A stretch of DNA of 64,000 nt, from assembly GCA_000934665.2 (NCBI GenBank), contig JYFJ02001697.1, positions 1 through 64,000 on the forward strand. Reading direction: 5' to 3'. Positions within the stretch are counted from its first letter, which is position 1, and each line of letters starts with the position of its first letter. Of this stretch, positions 12,966 through 25,500 are shown in pieces. This stretch comes from Catajapyx aquilonaris (taxonomy: Eukaryota). Under the pieces are notes generated by a model, which was not told the DNA's origin, did no database searches, and worked only from the letters and a program-made list of their open reading frames with translations. A program made the position numbers and the translations under genes.

Positions 12966-13140
12966 TAGTTGAATCCGGATATAACAGCCTCGGCTATAAG
13001 AGACTTTCGGTTATAACATATCGAAAGGCCGGCCCCGGAAAACTTCGATATATGGTTTGTGTATTTGGCTATAACAGACCTTGGTTATAACAGACTGATT
13101 TCCGCGGTACCTTGAAGTCTGTTACATGCGGATTAAACTG
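12966..13140 (+). mobile_element. Tc1/mariner-pogo-type MITE, copy 2
   Basis: TA|TAGTTGAATCCGGATATAACAG ... GTTACATGCGGATTAAACTG|TA; homologous to 12593-12747. Confidence 0.8.
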
Positions 13141-13156
13141 TAATAATAATAATAAC

Positions 13157-13193
<37 letters not shown>

Positions 13194-13278
13194 GCACAAT
13201 TAGTTTTAAAATCCGGGCTTTAGAAAAGACGGGCATAAATGAATGTTTGTGCTCCCTGGGCGGCCACGGGGCGAAGAT

Positions 13279-14076
13279 GGATCCCTTTGTGTTGGTGTCT
13301 GTATAGCTTTTGGGTGACCGCACCAGTATACTACTTTCCGTCTTGTGGCCATGCAAGGCACGGTACGTCGCATTTGACCAATAATTTTATCGTGGGTTTG
13401 TACACCCCGAAATGCTGTCCGAGGCTGTCCGTCTTGGATGCCGCAAGCCAACGAGCGTTATTGTGGCTTAGCCAATCCTTCTTGAGTCAGGTATCCCAAC
13501 TTGTGGTCCAACTAGGAAGTGCATTGCATAGAAATAATTCCTGACGCCCTAATTGCGGCTCCATGGCGTGCTGATGATGGGTGTCGAAAAATCAGAGCTC
13601 ATGGGCTCCGGATTTACTATGCATGGCTTGCAACCCTCCCGACGCCGTACACCATGACAGGTCTTAGATAAATCACTAAGGGGCGGGGCCAAACAAAAAC
13701 CTACCTGGCAACAACTCGCATACGAGAGAGAGCCAGGGTTCTCTTTTTGTGCCGTGTGTTGCCCTCCCTGGAAGCCTCTGGTTGGGCCATTAGCATGCAG
13801 GAGAGGTACAGGACCTTAATCAGTGATTACAGACTTAACCTTGACGCCAGCTTGGAACCAAGCCAACTTATTTTCCCGCCAATACGTTCAACTCTTTTTG
13901 CGCCAATTGTGAAAGTGCGGCAACCTTATGTCCCAATCATTAATTACAAAATATAAATACATTTCGCAGTCAAATAATTATAATCATCACGCAATACGAC
14001 ATCCCCTGCCTGGCATGGCCCACGTACTGGTGCGGTCACCCAAATGCCATACAGGTGACACTACCTCTTAGGGTCC
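13279..14076. mobile_element. Probable ~0.8-kb non-autonomous TIR element
   Basis: ctgtatagcttttgggtgaccgcaccagta (~13299-13328) is the near-perfect reverse complement of tactggtgcggtcacccaaatgccatacag (~14025-14054). Weaker inverted similarity extends to ggatccct / agggtcc. Confidence 0.5.
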
Positions 14077-14083
14077 AGTAGAT

Positions 14084-14156
<73 letters not shown>

Positions 14157-14157
14157 C

Positions 14158-14216
<59 letters not shown>

Positions 14217-14217
14217 C

Positions 14218-14246
<29 letters not shown>
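14084..14246. repeat. (TAC)n/(TGC)n microsatellite with a duplicated 60-bp higher-order unit
   Basis: 14101-14160 is identical to 14161-14220. More (TAC)/(CTC) at 14570-14706 and (TTA)n at 14877-14971. Confidence 0.9.
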
Positions 14247-14247
<1 letters not shown>

Positions 14248-14248
<1 letters not shown>

Positions 14249-14567
14249 ACTCTAAGAAATGTCCGGGTTAAATGTATTTATCCCGGGAAAAAAATCACTT
14301 TTGTCATGGTTATTTAACCCGGACATTTGTTAGAGTGTATACACTCTAAGAAATGTCCGGGTTAAATGACCATGACAAAAGTGATATTTTTTCCGGGATA
14401 AATATAAATGTATTTATCCCGGGAAAAAAATCACTTTTGTCATGGTTATTTAACCCGGACATTTGTTAGAGTGTATACACTCTAAGAAATGTCCGGGTTA
14501 AATGACCATGACAAAAGTGATATTTTTTCCGGGATAAATACATTTAACCCGGACATTTCTTAGAGTG
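14248..14567. mobile_element. Three abutting copies of a CACT..AGTG TIR MITE with TA flanks, forming a ~320-bp palindrome
   Basis: TA|CACTCTAAGAAATGTCCGGGTTAAAT ... ATTTAACCCGGACATTT(G/C)TTAGAGTG|TA at 14248-14337, 14342-14473 and 14478-14567. Confidence 0.75.
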
Positions 14568-14639
14568 TACTGCTCCTACTCCTACTACTGCTCTTACTAT
14601 TACTGCTCCTACATACTCCTCCTCCTCCTCCTCCTCCTC

Positions 14640-14688
<49 letters not shown>

Positions 14689-14708
14689 AACTACTGCTGC
14701 TGCTTCTA

Positions 14709-14853
14709 CAGTTGAATCCTGATATAACAGACTTCAAGGGAGAGCGGAAATCAGTCTGTTATAGCCGAATACACAAACCATACCGTATATGGAAGTAGGC
14801 CTATTGCCTTTCGAGTCTGTTATAACCGAGGCTGTTATATCCTGATTCAACTG
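14709..14853 (-). mobile_element. Tc1/mariner-pogo-type MITE, copy 3 (inverted)
   Basis: TA|CAGTTGAATCCTGATATAACAG ... CTGTTATATCCTGATTCAACTG|TA. The interior is the reverse complement of copies 1 and 2. Confidence 0.8.
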
Positions 14854-14877
14854 TACTGCTGCTACTACTACTACTTC

Positions 14878-14971
<94 letters not shown>

Positions 14972-15676
14972 GTCGTTTTTTTACTTCAAGTTGTTTTTTT
15001 TTTGGTGTGACCGTCACGCTGTATAGTCACTGGGGTTCAATAGCTATTGTCATCCTTCAAGGCTACCTGCGAGGGACCAGCTGGGTCCCCCTTTTCTTAC
15101 CTGCCTCTTATCCACCCCACCTGAAGATAAAGTAGGACCTCCAAACACCCTCTCAAAAGCCCCTCCCTTACAACCCCCAGCCCCCAGGCCAGGTGCTAGG
15201 TCCTGGTTTGGTAAAATCCACACACCGTTTTCCAAGCCATGTCTTGAGAATAGCGGTTATCAGCACCGGGTCTATCTTTAGAATCGGCTTGAGAAAGGAT
15301 GACCTCTTATAAAAGCAGTAGGGCAGACACCTCTGTGTACCTTTGGACCTATAAAAAATTTTTTGAGCTAGATTGTGGGAATTTCCGTTTTTAAAGGCAG
15401 GCGTGAGAACATGTTTATTAAATTCGGAACTCCTGTTAAAACACTGGCACCGTAATTGGGAAGCCGGCCATTTTTGCGCAGGAATCGCTTCAAGTTGTGC
15501 GAGAACAAGCGGTGTAGGTTTCTGATGGGAACCGCCAAGTCAGGTGCAAATTAGCAGGAGGGTACAATCACCTGAAATAGTGTAGCACATCTTATATATA
15601 GAATTGGACTCTGTCCGGAGTCATCTATGTGATGGATATGGTGCTACGTTCACACTGTACGATTTGCATATTGCCA

Positions 15677-15827
15677 AACCCCAAGTGGTCCCCGCAACCG
15701 GCCCTAAACTAACATACAGCGGATACAGCCATATCTGCAGCGGATACAGTCCCATCTTCAGCGGATACAGCCCCATCTTCAGCGGATACACAAACCTGTG
15801 GGCCGGTTGCGGGGACCACTTGGGGTT
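15677..15827. mobile_element. MITE with 28-bp TIRs and an internal 21-bp tandem repeat
   Basis: AACCCCAAGTGGTCCCCGCAACCGGCCC / GGGCCGGTTGCGGGGACCACTTGGGGTT flank four copies of CAGCGGATACA(GYCCCATCTT). Confidence 0.75.
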
Positions 15828-16204
15828 GGAGCAGTGTTGTCAAATTTAGTTGACAGACAGGGCATAAAACCGACCGTAAAGGATCTCCAAAAACCAGCAT
15901 AACCACCCCAAAAACACAAGGCGCCTTGTTACGACCACATAAATCTTTAAGTGGAAAACCTTTTGCCACCCAATCAGGTTTCGCTTTTAAACCAACCCCC
16001 CTTCTATCCTTTAAAAAAAAAAAAATTACGTTTACGTTTTGAGTCCCCCCCCCNTCGCTTGGCCAGACCTTGATTACAACCAGGTGGGGGTACTCAGCAG
16101 ACGGGGTTGGAGTACACAGCTAGACGCATTGGTGTGACTGGGGTGGGGACGAAGGTCGTTTAGTGTGAAGTGCACGTGTGTCGCTGGATTTTTTGGGGAC
16201 TTTG

Positions 16205-17035
16205 ACATATTGTAAGTATACGACATTAACTGGGGGGGGGGGGGGGGGTTTAACCGACTGTTAAGTTTGTTGCACCAATTTTCCGGATGGATATTTGCAG
16301 GAAAAGCTGGCTGTTAGAACACGACATTAACTGGGGGGTTTAAACCGACCGTTGAATATGTTGCAGCAAATCATGGATACATTTTCCGGCTGGAAATGTG
16401 CAGGAAAAGTTGACTGTGAGCTCATATTTTAACCGACCGTTAAGTTTGTTGCACCAATTGAGAAACATTTTCAGGCTGGAAATGTGCAGGAAAAGTTGGA
16501 TGTGAGCACATATTTTAAACGGAGGGTTTAACCGACCGTTAAGTTTGTTGCACCGAATGCGAAACATTTTCAGGCCGGAAATGTGCAGGAAAAGTTGGCT
16601 GTTGGTACACGATACGTTAACCGGCCGTTAAATATGTTGCACCAAGTACTGGATACATTTTCTGGCTGGAAATGTGCAGGAAAAGTTGGCTGTGAGACCG
16701 TTAAGTTTGTTGCACCAAATGCGAAACATTTTCAGGCTGGAAATGTGAAGGAAACGTTGACTGTCCAATACACGGTAGTTTTAACCGGGGTTTATAAGAG
16801 CTATTGCATCAAATTGTGGAAACATTTTCGGGCTGGAAATGTGCAGTGCAACGACATTTTTTAACCGGGGGTTTAACTGAACGCTTAATGTGAGGGTGTT
16901 GCACCAATTCTTGGAAACATTTTCTTGCTGAAAACGTGCTTTGCGTTACACGATTTAAATCAGGGGGTTTAACCGACTGTTAAGTGTCGCAACGAATTCG
17001 AAACATTTCGGCTGGAAATGTACAGGTAAAGTTGT
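16205..17035. repeat. Diverged tandem (mini)satellite, unit ~90-100 bp, about 8-9 copies
   Basis: Recurring TTAACCGACCGTTAAGTTTGTTGCACCAA..GAAACATTTTCAGGCTGGAAATGTGCAGGAAAAGTTG. Confidence 0.85.
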
Positions 17036-17847
17036 TAACATGACAAGAGAAGTGGATCACTGCTACTTTTAAATCAAATGTGAAGGTCAAGTTGGGTCGA
17101 TTTATTGGCCGTGTAACGGGTCAGTTTTTCTTGTAGATGGGGGACGAGACTCATTACAAGTTGGGAGGTTTAATTACGGTCTGATTAAGATCGCCTTGAT
17201 AAGAGCGGTGTAATTACACGTTGAGGCTTACCAAATTGTTGGCCTACTTGTGCTGCAATGCGATACAATTTGGCAGCAGTGTGACCGTTACGCGCAATTC
17301 CTAACAATTTGCATTTTTAACCATTTGATCTATGACTATTTTCTGCCTGAAGCCAGGTGGCGTATATGCGCAATTTCTGATTACAATAATGAAATGCGCA
17401 AGTGTACGTACACAATGCACAGGTGGCCATATGACTCAGACATTCCGATGCAAATACTTCCTATTGTTAAATCTGGATCAAGCATTTTTTTTTTGCATTG
17501 TATGAGCTTTTTTTGCAAGTTGCTGGGGTGAACGATTGGGTCTGTAAATCAAACGTAACTGGAGGTCAATTCAGACAACAATGCAGTACCATAAATAATG
17601 CATTGTATTGTCACTTTCCAAACCGCAGGGTATTGTGGACTGGCGCCAACTTTGAGGCCAAATTGTGGCCAAAAAGAGCTTCAAATCACACTAAGCACAC
17701 TTCCAAATATGATAGATGTTCAAGCTCATGGTCATATTTTTTTTAAATCTATTTTTTCGTAGGGGGGTGCAAGAAGCGTGGAGTGGGCAGGGTTTTGATT
17801 GGAGCTACCACCTGTCCAACTACTTTTTTTGCTTTGCTTGCTTTTTT

Positions 17848-18285
17848 TGGGACCTGTTTTTTTTTTGTGAACCATGCTGCCTTTGCACCTTGCAGGTCAG
17901 GCAGGTAGCAGCCTCACTTCCAATTACCAGAATTAGTTACCCCCCGCCTATGAAATGGCGTCTTTTTTTTTCTTAGGGTGTTGCTCGAGAGACTTTTTAT
18001 TGTTCGTGACACAATAGAAAGGCCGATGCAATATAGTGCGCAATCACAGTTGTCAAGCTATGGAAANTGGGACCTGTTTTTTTTTGTGAACCATGCTGCC
18101 TTTGCACCTTGCAGGTCAGGCAGGTAGCAGCCTCACTTCCAATTACCAGAATTAGTTACCCCCCGCCTATGAAATGGCGTCTTTTTTTTTCTTAGGGTGT
18201 TGCTCGAGAGACTTTTTATTGTTCGTGACACAATAGAAAGGCCGATGCAATATAGTGCGCAATCACAGTTGTCAAGCTATGGAAA
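17848..18285. repeat. ~219-bp direct duplication across an N gap (likely assembly overlap artefact)
   Basis: 17848-18066 and 18068-18285 are identical apart from homopolymer length and are separated by one N. Confidence 0.85.
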
Positions 18286-19382
18286 AACGTGGCAGAAAGT
18301 GACGTTGAATGTAAGGACCAATCGGGGTAGTTATGAGCAAGCAAATAAATGAACAACAAGCTGATTTTACAGCGTAAGTGACAATAGCGTGGCATTGACT
18401 TGTAACTGTACGTGGCATGTACTCCGAGATGTACTCTATATTTACCGCACCTTTTTTTTATATGTGCGATGGGAATGTACGCAGGTTTAACATCAAGATA
18501 AGAAAGTCGATGATGGCGTCCAAGTCTTTTTTTTGTGCTGGAGCTTTTTTCTTTTTATACGTTAGCCTTGAGGCCACACACAGTCCGTGTCTTAAGAAGT
18601 TGACCCCCCTTGTGTAAGAGCCATAATAGCGAAATAAGTGCACCTCGGGTGGGTAGGACGATAATAGGACCATTAAAGTCGGGTTTTATCGTGTGGACTG
18701 TGCATTGCGAAAGAGGCTTGATTGAGTCATTCCTCGAGACAAATCGGAGTGTTTTTTTTTAGGGCAATGCAGATGAAGCGGTGATGAATAAGCAATCGGT
18801 ACCTACCGTTGTCTTGATGACAGTATCGCATTGATTGCGGGGTTCGCCTTGAACATGTGTATAAGGTCATAGTCTGCAGGCAACACCCTGCGTGGGTATA
18901 TCCGATTGTTTTTAGAATCATACATGGTAGCTAGTAGATACATGGTACATTTGTAAGCATCTTGATGAGTGGCGTTAAATTTAATTAGGAGCCTGGTGTG
19001 GACTGGTGTGTTACTATGTTATTTGGTCGGGAGGCTGTTGAGGATCAGATTTGTTATCGTTACGTTGGGTGACAGAGCACGCTCTACCTCTTTGGTCCTT
19101 ATCAAAAAGTTGTGCTCCATCTATGAGCGACCATTCACTCGGCACCTTATCTCGAGGCTGGCTGTAAACCAAGGCAGGTCTCAAGGGTTTGGTGTAGGAA
19201 ACGAGACACCAACTGTTCCTTTTTTTTCCCCCAAGGCACCCCAGGTCAAGTCCTGTGAGATTGACCATGCCTCCTAAAATGGGAGGGACTCCGACAAAAG
19301 GGGGGAACTGGCAAAGCTCATTCTGGTTTCACTTCTTCTGCAGGCAACATGAGTCCCTGGTGATTTTCTGGGAGAACCAAGC

Positions 19383-19523
19383 ATGACACCGACGCCGGTG
19401 ACATCCGAGCCTTGTGCTGAGACCGTCCAGTTGGGGGCCACTTCTAGGGATTCGGTGGCCTTCACCAAAGGACTTCTCAACGGACCTGGCCAAAACAACT
19501 GCTTCCTCAACAGTGCGGTGCAG
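19383..19523 (+). CDS. ec: USP53/54 first coding exon carrying the catalytic Cys box
   Basis: [19 protein letters not shown] with donor CAG|GTCAGT. Acceptor at 19343 and an in-frame TGA upstream fix ATG 19383 as the start. Confidence 0.9.
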
Positions 19524-22500
19524 GTCAGTCCAATTGTTGTTTCCATTTCTAAATCACGTTCGACCAGTAGTATAGAACCCTATTGTTTTTATAAGTAAGA
19601 CCAGTAGTGAAATATCAATGGAATAATTAAAATATTGCGCCCAGTAATTATTCCGGTGTTTGTCGTCGCCACATTGTTAATCTTCTTTCTAATTGATCCG
19701 ACTTTCACCGTGCAGTTCCTTGTGGGTCACATGCCAAGAAACGAGGTCTCACTTTTCGCATCACTTGCCCTAGCTGTTACAGTTTCCGAAATGGGCAAAT
19801 AAGCAACTGTTCATTGTTTGTTGTACTGGAAAAAAATAATACGACTTTGCCATATTTGGCCAGCGTTAAAAATAAAGGTGTACCCGGGTGTACCAAAAAT
19901 GTAATCCCATCAGGCATTGTGTGGAAATGACCATTCGTTATGCATTCTGCGAGAGATACCATCGTAAATAACAAGGAGGCAACAGCAGTGACTTGTGTGT
20001 GTGTGTAGATATGTCATTGCAAGGGGAAGTACAGGGTGCTTCCAAAGTACAGGGCTATTGAAGCACTCGATCAAATATACGCACTGAAACTACTGGATAA
20101 ATATGGGTGGAAAAAAAGTGATAAAATTAAATAAATGTACACACCGGAGCAAGTGCATAATTATTTGAATAATGCAAACACTAAGCAAATTAATTAATTA
20201 AACAGCTGAAATTTAAGCAAATTGTTAATTTCAAACAATACGTAAAATATGCAAAATAATACGCATTAATTTAATAACATAATAAAATCAATACTGTATT
20301 CCTATAAAATAAAATAAATACAAAAAATATTATAAAAATAAAATACAGAAAATAAAAAAATTACATACAAATTTAAATTAAAATAAAATAAATAACTATA
20401 AATGAGAAACGAAGCAAATCAGCAAGAAACTAAACTAGCAAAAGGGAAATAGATATTAATTCAAACAGTTGAATATTAACAGGTGGGTGCTGGAGTGAAC
20501 AATCCTCATCTGCTTTCCTCTCACTCCTTATCTTGAACTAGAAACTTTGGTGACTGTGTACACCACCCTGTAGAATCAAGGGCAGGGCACGCTCGACCCC
20601 TGGGAGGCACGTACGACCTCATTGGCCTTTTCTTTTTGTACTGTACACCTTTGACAACTCCGTGACCGGGAATGAGTCCTGTGAAATTGGTCCCCCCCTT
20701 TTGTATATAGCCTCGCACTTTTTGGGGGTGCGTGTGAAAAGGAAGGTGCTCTTGACGAATATATTTTTTTGGGGAAGTCGTGTGACATAAGGAAACCACC
20801 CAGTGTGAAACTGGTTCTGCCACCTGTGCTGCTTGCAAGAAGCGGATTAGGTAATGCTTAGTTTTGAAGGTTTCGTGTTTTTTAAAACTTGGAATTGTTT
20901 TGGCCACTCCCTTTTGCTGGCTTGTTAACCACGCCTTGAGCATTGGAATGGGACACGTGATCATTTTTTTTGGCCCAATGATGAGAGGTCGCGACCTTTT
21001 GGCCCCTACATGACGCTGGATTTCTGACAGACATAATGCAGTACGGCCTAGTGTTTATGGGAAGATGGAGGTTGTTTAAAAGTCACATAATTCAAGTGCA
21101 GGAATTTTTATTAAAACGCGATGTTTGTATATTCGTGAATTTTTATGGCGTACTGTATAACTATAGGCATTGAATTGGTAATTCAGTAATTAGGGGACGT
21201 AGCCAGACTTTATAATAGGATGTTGCGCTTCATAAATAAGGGAAAAGGATATTAAAATTAATGTCGTTACACGCGTGTGCAGTATGAAAAATATTATCAT
21301 ATGTGTACATTTTCCTTTCAATTATTATCGGTTTAAACAGAAATATTGCAGCACTACTCGACCAAATACGCACTAAAACCACTGGATGTAGTAAACAAAC
21401 TGATAAAATTAAGTAAATCGTACATCAGTGCCTTTTTATGGACATTAACTTTATGACTATGTGCATTTCCCACGGCATCGGACGACCCGAACCAATTATA
21501 GCAATTACTAGCATTGTTGCGCATTTCCCTGCTTTACAAAGAAATGGGGTATGAACATTTCCTTATTATCATAATTAATGGGCGTTGTCACAACCAGTGG
21601 ACAATAGGACAGCAGATCGGATCCCTACAAGCCTCATCCGTCCTTTTCATTAAAAATTTCTAACATTAGGGTGCCTCATTTTTTATCTATAGAAATAGCA
21701 GGTGGCCCAGTTTCCATGTCACAAGTGCTGACCAAACTCTTAGGTAACCAAACTTTATTGTCGATTAATTACTGTTGAGGAGCAGGTGAAAAGTCTTCCA
21801 CGATGAGCAGTTTACCTGGCTTTTTTTCCCATGGGGGTTGAGTAAAATGCAAATAAAACAAACTTCCGGCCAGTTGGGGGGAACCTGCATCATGGGAAGC
21901 TCGATACGCTAGCCTGATTTTCCATGTTGTGTGTGTGTGTATGTGATCCCCGGGCCGTGACATTACCTACGCCCCCGAGACTGCCCGGGGCCGTAGAAGA
22001 AGTGGAGGAGCAAAAAAAAAAATCCTATTTTTCAACGCGGTGAATTCATCACTCGCAGAAACGTTACTTTGAAATTAGTGTGTCACTTTTTTATGAGCGG
22101 TTCTCTTTACTAGGTGAAGTTGCTCCCATGGTTTTGATATAGGGAGAAGATTAGGTCTGTTTCGTTGCCCTATGCTAGTTAAAGTTATTAATTCAGCAAT
22201 CATCATTAGTGAATTATTGATAGATATGATTATTTATTATTGTTATTATTTTGATTGTTTGTTTATTAAGGTAATGACTAGTATCAATTACTTACGGGTT
22301 TATACTCTAGCGGTACTGTACAGTATCTCAAACGTGCTCGTAAGTGTTCCACCCCTTCAGTTCCTAGAAGTTGGAGTGAAAAGTGTGCGTTGAGATTTGG
22401 CAACATTGCTCACCTACAAATCCGTATTTTACATGACAGTTTTCAAGAACTGGAGCCCACCCACTCACGCCCAAAGTTTAATCTTCAGACTGTAAAAAGC

Positions 22501-25500
22501 AGCTTAAAGCTTTAAGTGCTTTTTAACTTAAGCAGCTTATCCGTCCTTAAGGACATATTGTCTCACCCTGTCGCAAAACTCTTCGGAAGCTGTAGGCAGT
22601 GTAGGGGAGTAGCCCCTTCCAATTAACCGAATATCACAACCGGCAGCTCTTACAAAATTTGCAAACAGTGATTGATTAGCGCTTCCATATTCGGCAAGGC
22701 ATAATCAACAGCTACCCGTATTAAGTCACGCCCAGAAATGGCTCGTTGACCTTTACTGACACCATGGGTATATACGTAGTTTGCTAAAAAGTGAGATTGC
22801 TGGGTTTCATCTTTTGGCGTGGGAAACAAGTTTTGGAAAAATAGTGGTAGTGGGGGAGGGCAGGTGTTGGGCAGTTGGGGCTTAGGTCCCAAGATGGATA
22901 CCAAGGTTAAGGTGAGGGTGAGAAGAAGTGTTCGTCACCTTGAAAAAGTCCCATTTTCCCACATATGCAGCAAACCGTGGATGACGCTGAGAGACATCAA
23001 GACGTGACAAGGGTTGGGTCCTGAGAGCATGGTCATCAACTATAAGAAACCCGATTCCTACATAGGGGAGGGTTTGTTTGAGGGTCGCAACCCTTGGCAC
23101 TAACTAAAAGTAACTATGCCGGAACCAGACTCCATAAATCTTGAGGGTCAACTGACACCCTGTCGTACACAACCACCCAGTGAGGACCAATTTTGGCGGG
23201 TACATGTGGAATGTGTCCACTTGCACTCAAGTCTGGAAGAGTATGTCCGGAGGGAGTTGGAGAGGATTTTGGGGAGGTCCAACCCGGATTTTGGGCAAAA
23301 CCCACCGCCAAAAAGCATTCCTTTGTTAGCTGCTCTGAACTGGAGTGAAGCGCACTTCAAATATCACCCGGTACTTTAGGACGAAATTCTGGACTAGAAT
23401 ACCCAATTTTGGAGTCGATAACTCAAATCTTGCTCAAATCTGTAGACCCGATCACTCAATTTTTAAGCGCTATATTAACTGACATAATTATACTCGAATT
23501 ATTTTTTGTTAATTAAAAAAACATTTTTCTGGGCAAATGAAGAACTAACATACGGTCTACTATTAAAACGCTTCCGTCATGTCGTGCCGCTATACTGTAT
23601 ATCCGCAGCACCATTGGAAGATGGATGGTACGGTGTAATTATAATTGAAACCACGCCAAACAACTTGCAGTAGCATTTCAGAATGAAGCAGCATGCGCCA
23701 TCTACTGATATCATGCACATAGAGGCTAGTAATGGCTGAAAATGTAACTGTACAAGTGTCCTATATATAGGACATCACGCTATTTTCCACAATTTGAGTT
23801 CATATACAACCGGTCTTAAATATAGTGTGCGCTATTCGTACATGCTGTGAAAGGCGATTTGCGAACAAGGCGCACATCAAGGAGGTCAGCTCGTGTAATC
23901 ACTTAGTCCTTCAATACCGTTCTCTCCATAACGGATTGTTGCAAGGCTATATTTAAACCTCAAAGGCAACGTTGTGTACATACGATTTGAGTGTCATGTA
24001 GAAGGGGAGCGTGTGCAAAAAAAAAAAAAATCGATCGAAGAGGGTTAATTTGATATGCATATGATCGTACAATCGGAGACATGTCGCCCTTAGTATTGTG
24101 GATCGAAAAATTAATTCCAAGCCCTTAGCCAATTTTTTTTTTACTAATTGACAGCGAAAATGTGGTTGGACTGGATACATACCGTGTGTATTTTTTGTGT
24201 GTTCAATACTCTTCGTGCCTAAATTGCGTGACATGAAGGTGAAATCGGTGAGGATCCATAATTACCAAGTCTGAAGATGAAGTCATAATAAAAAAATCAC
24301 GATTTTTGACACAACATATTACGCGGGTTGCGTACCCACTTCGAGTATTGAAGTCACTCGAAGTTGGGTCTGGAGGGCGTCACGTCTTGTACTTTTCTTG
24401 AGAAGGGTCGTGAACCTCCAGAGGGTTCTGTTTGGGTTACGGGGGGATGCTGAGGCGGGGTGGGTGGAAGAATATGGTGGCGTCCCCTTCGTTTTCAAGA
24501 GAGATGGCAACACTGTAGGTTTTTAAGTTCGTTCCCCCTTGGTAATGGTGGTGGTCGGCCCCTGGGAGGAAGAGGAGGAAGAAGAAGAAGAAAAAGAAAA
24601 TTTGGTTGGCAACAGAAGCGGTTGTTGCGGGAAAATGTATAGTGTTGGTGGAAGTAACGCTTGGGTAGAGATTTTGAAGCGGAGAATTTGGTGGGTAGTG
24701 TTAAAATCAGGCTTTAAAATTTGTTTAAAAAACGAGTTAAAGGTGTCGTAAATTTCGGTGTAATTTTTAACTAATTTTAAATAAAAGCATACATATTGAA
24801 TCGCACAATTTTCTGAGTATCGCTCAAATATCATTTTAATGCAAACAATTTTTGAAAATTGGCTCAATTTCTGAGAAATTTTAAAGGGAAATCTGTCAGG
24901 GAAGCGGTACAATATTAGCTAATTTTAAAGCATTTTTTTCAAGCATCGTACAATTTTCTGCGTATATCGCGAAAAAATCAATTTGATGTAAACTATTTTT
25001 TTGAGCGATACGTAGAAAATTGTCTCAATACTTTCCAGCCATTTTCTAAGTCTGTCACATTGAGTCGAAATTTACGTGAAATATTTTTAAATTGCGATGA
25101 TCATCGTGACCATCGATGCACCGATGCTACAGGGGACAGTCCCGTACATTTGCACTTCCTGGATAGTTTCAAGCCGGAAGCACACACTTGAAGACAATGG
25201 AGTTCCTTGTGATAAAAACCTTAGCAAACCTTTTGGATTTCCCCCATCCAACCCTCACCGATTCCAATCAGTGTTACTGGCCCATTTTTGTGTGCACCTT
25301 AAGTCTCACCTGCCCCCGCCATATAGTCTAGCACCTGCCTCCAAATCTCAGAAACCCGAGTACCACCTGTCCTTTTTTGGTTTCATATATAGGGATGCAC
25401 CTAAAATCTCTGCCTTGAAAAATCTGAGTCACCTGGCTACCGAAGAAAAACCTTGGACCTGAAGAGACCCATCCCCTCCAGGGGTCTTCTTCTTCACGCT

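Noticed and set aside
12195..14798. ORFs with poly-W, -V, -N or -L runs
   Set aside because: These are translations of microsatellites and MITEs.
16205..17035. Regularly spaced repeats as a CRISPR array
   Set aside because: Whole units are homologous, with no unique spacers and no cas genes, in a eukaryotic context. It is a satellite.
17848..18285. Recent biological tandem duplication
   Set aside because: The copies are split exactly by a single N, typical of an unmerged contig overlap.
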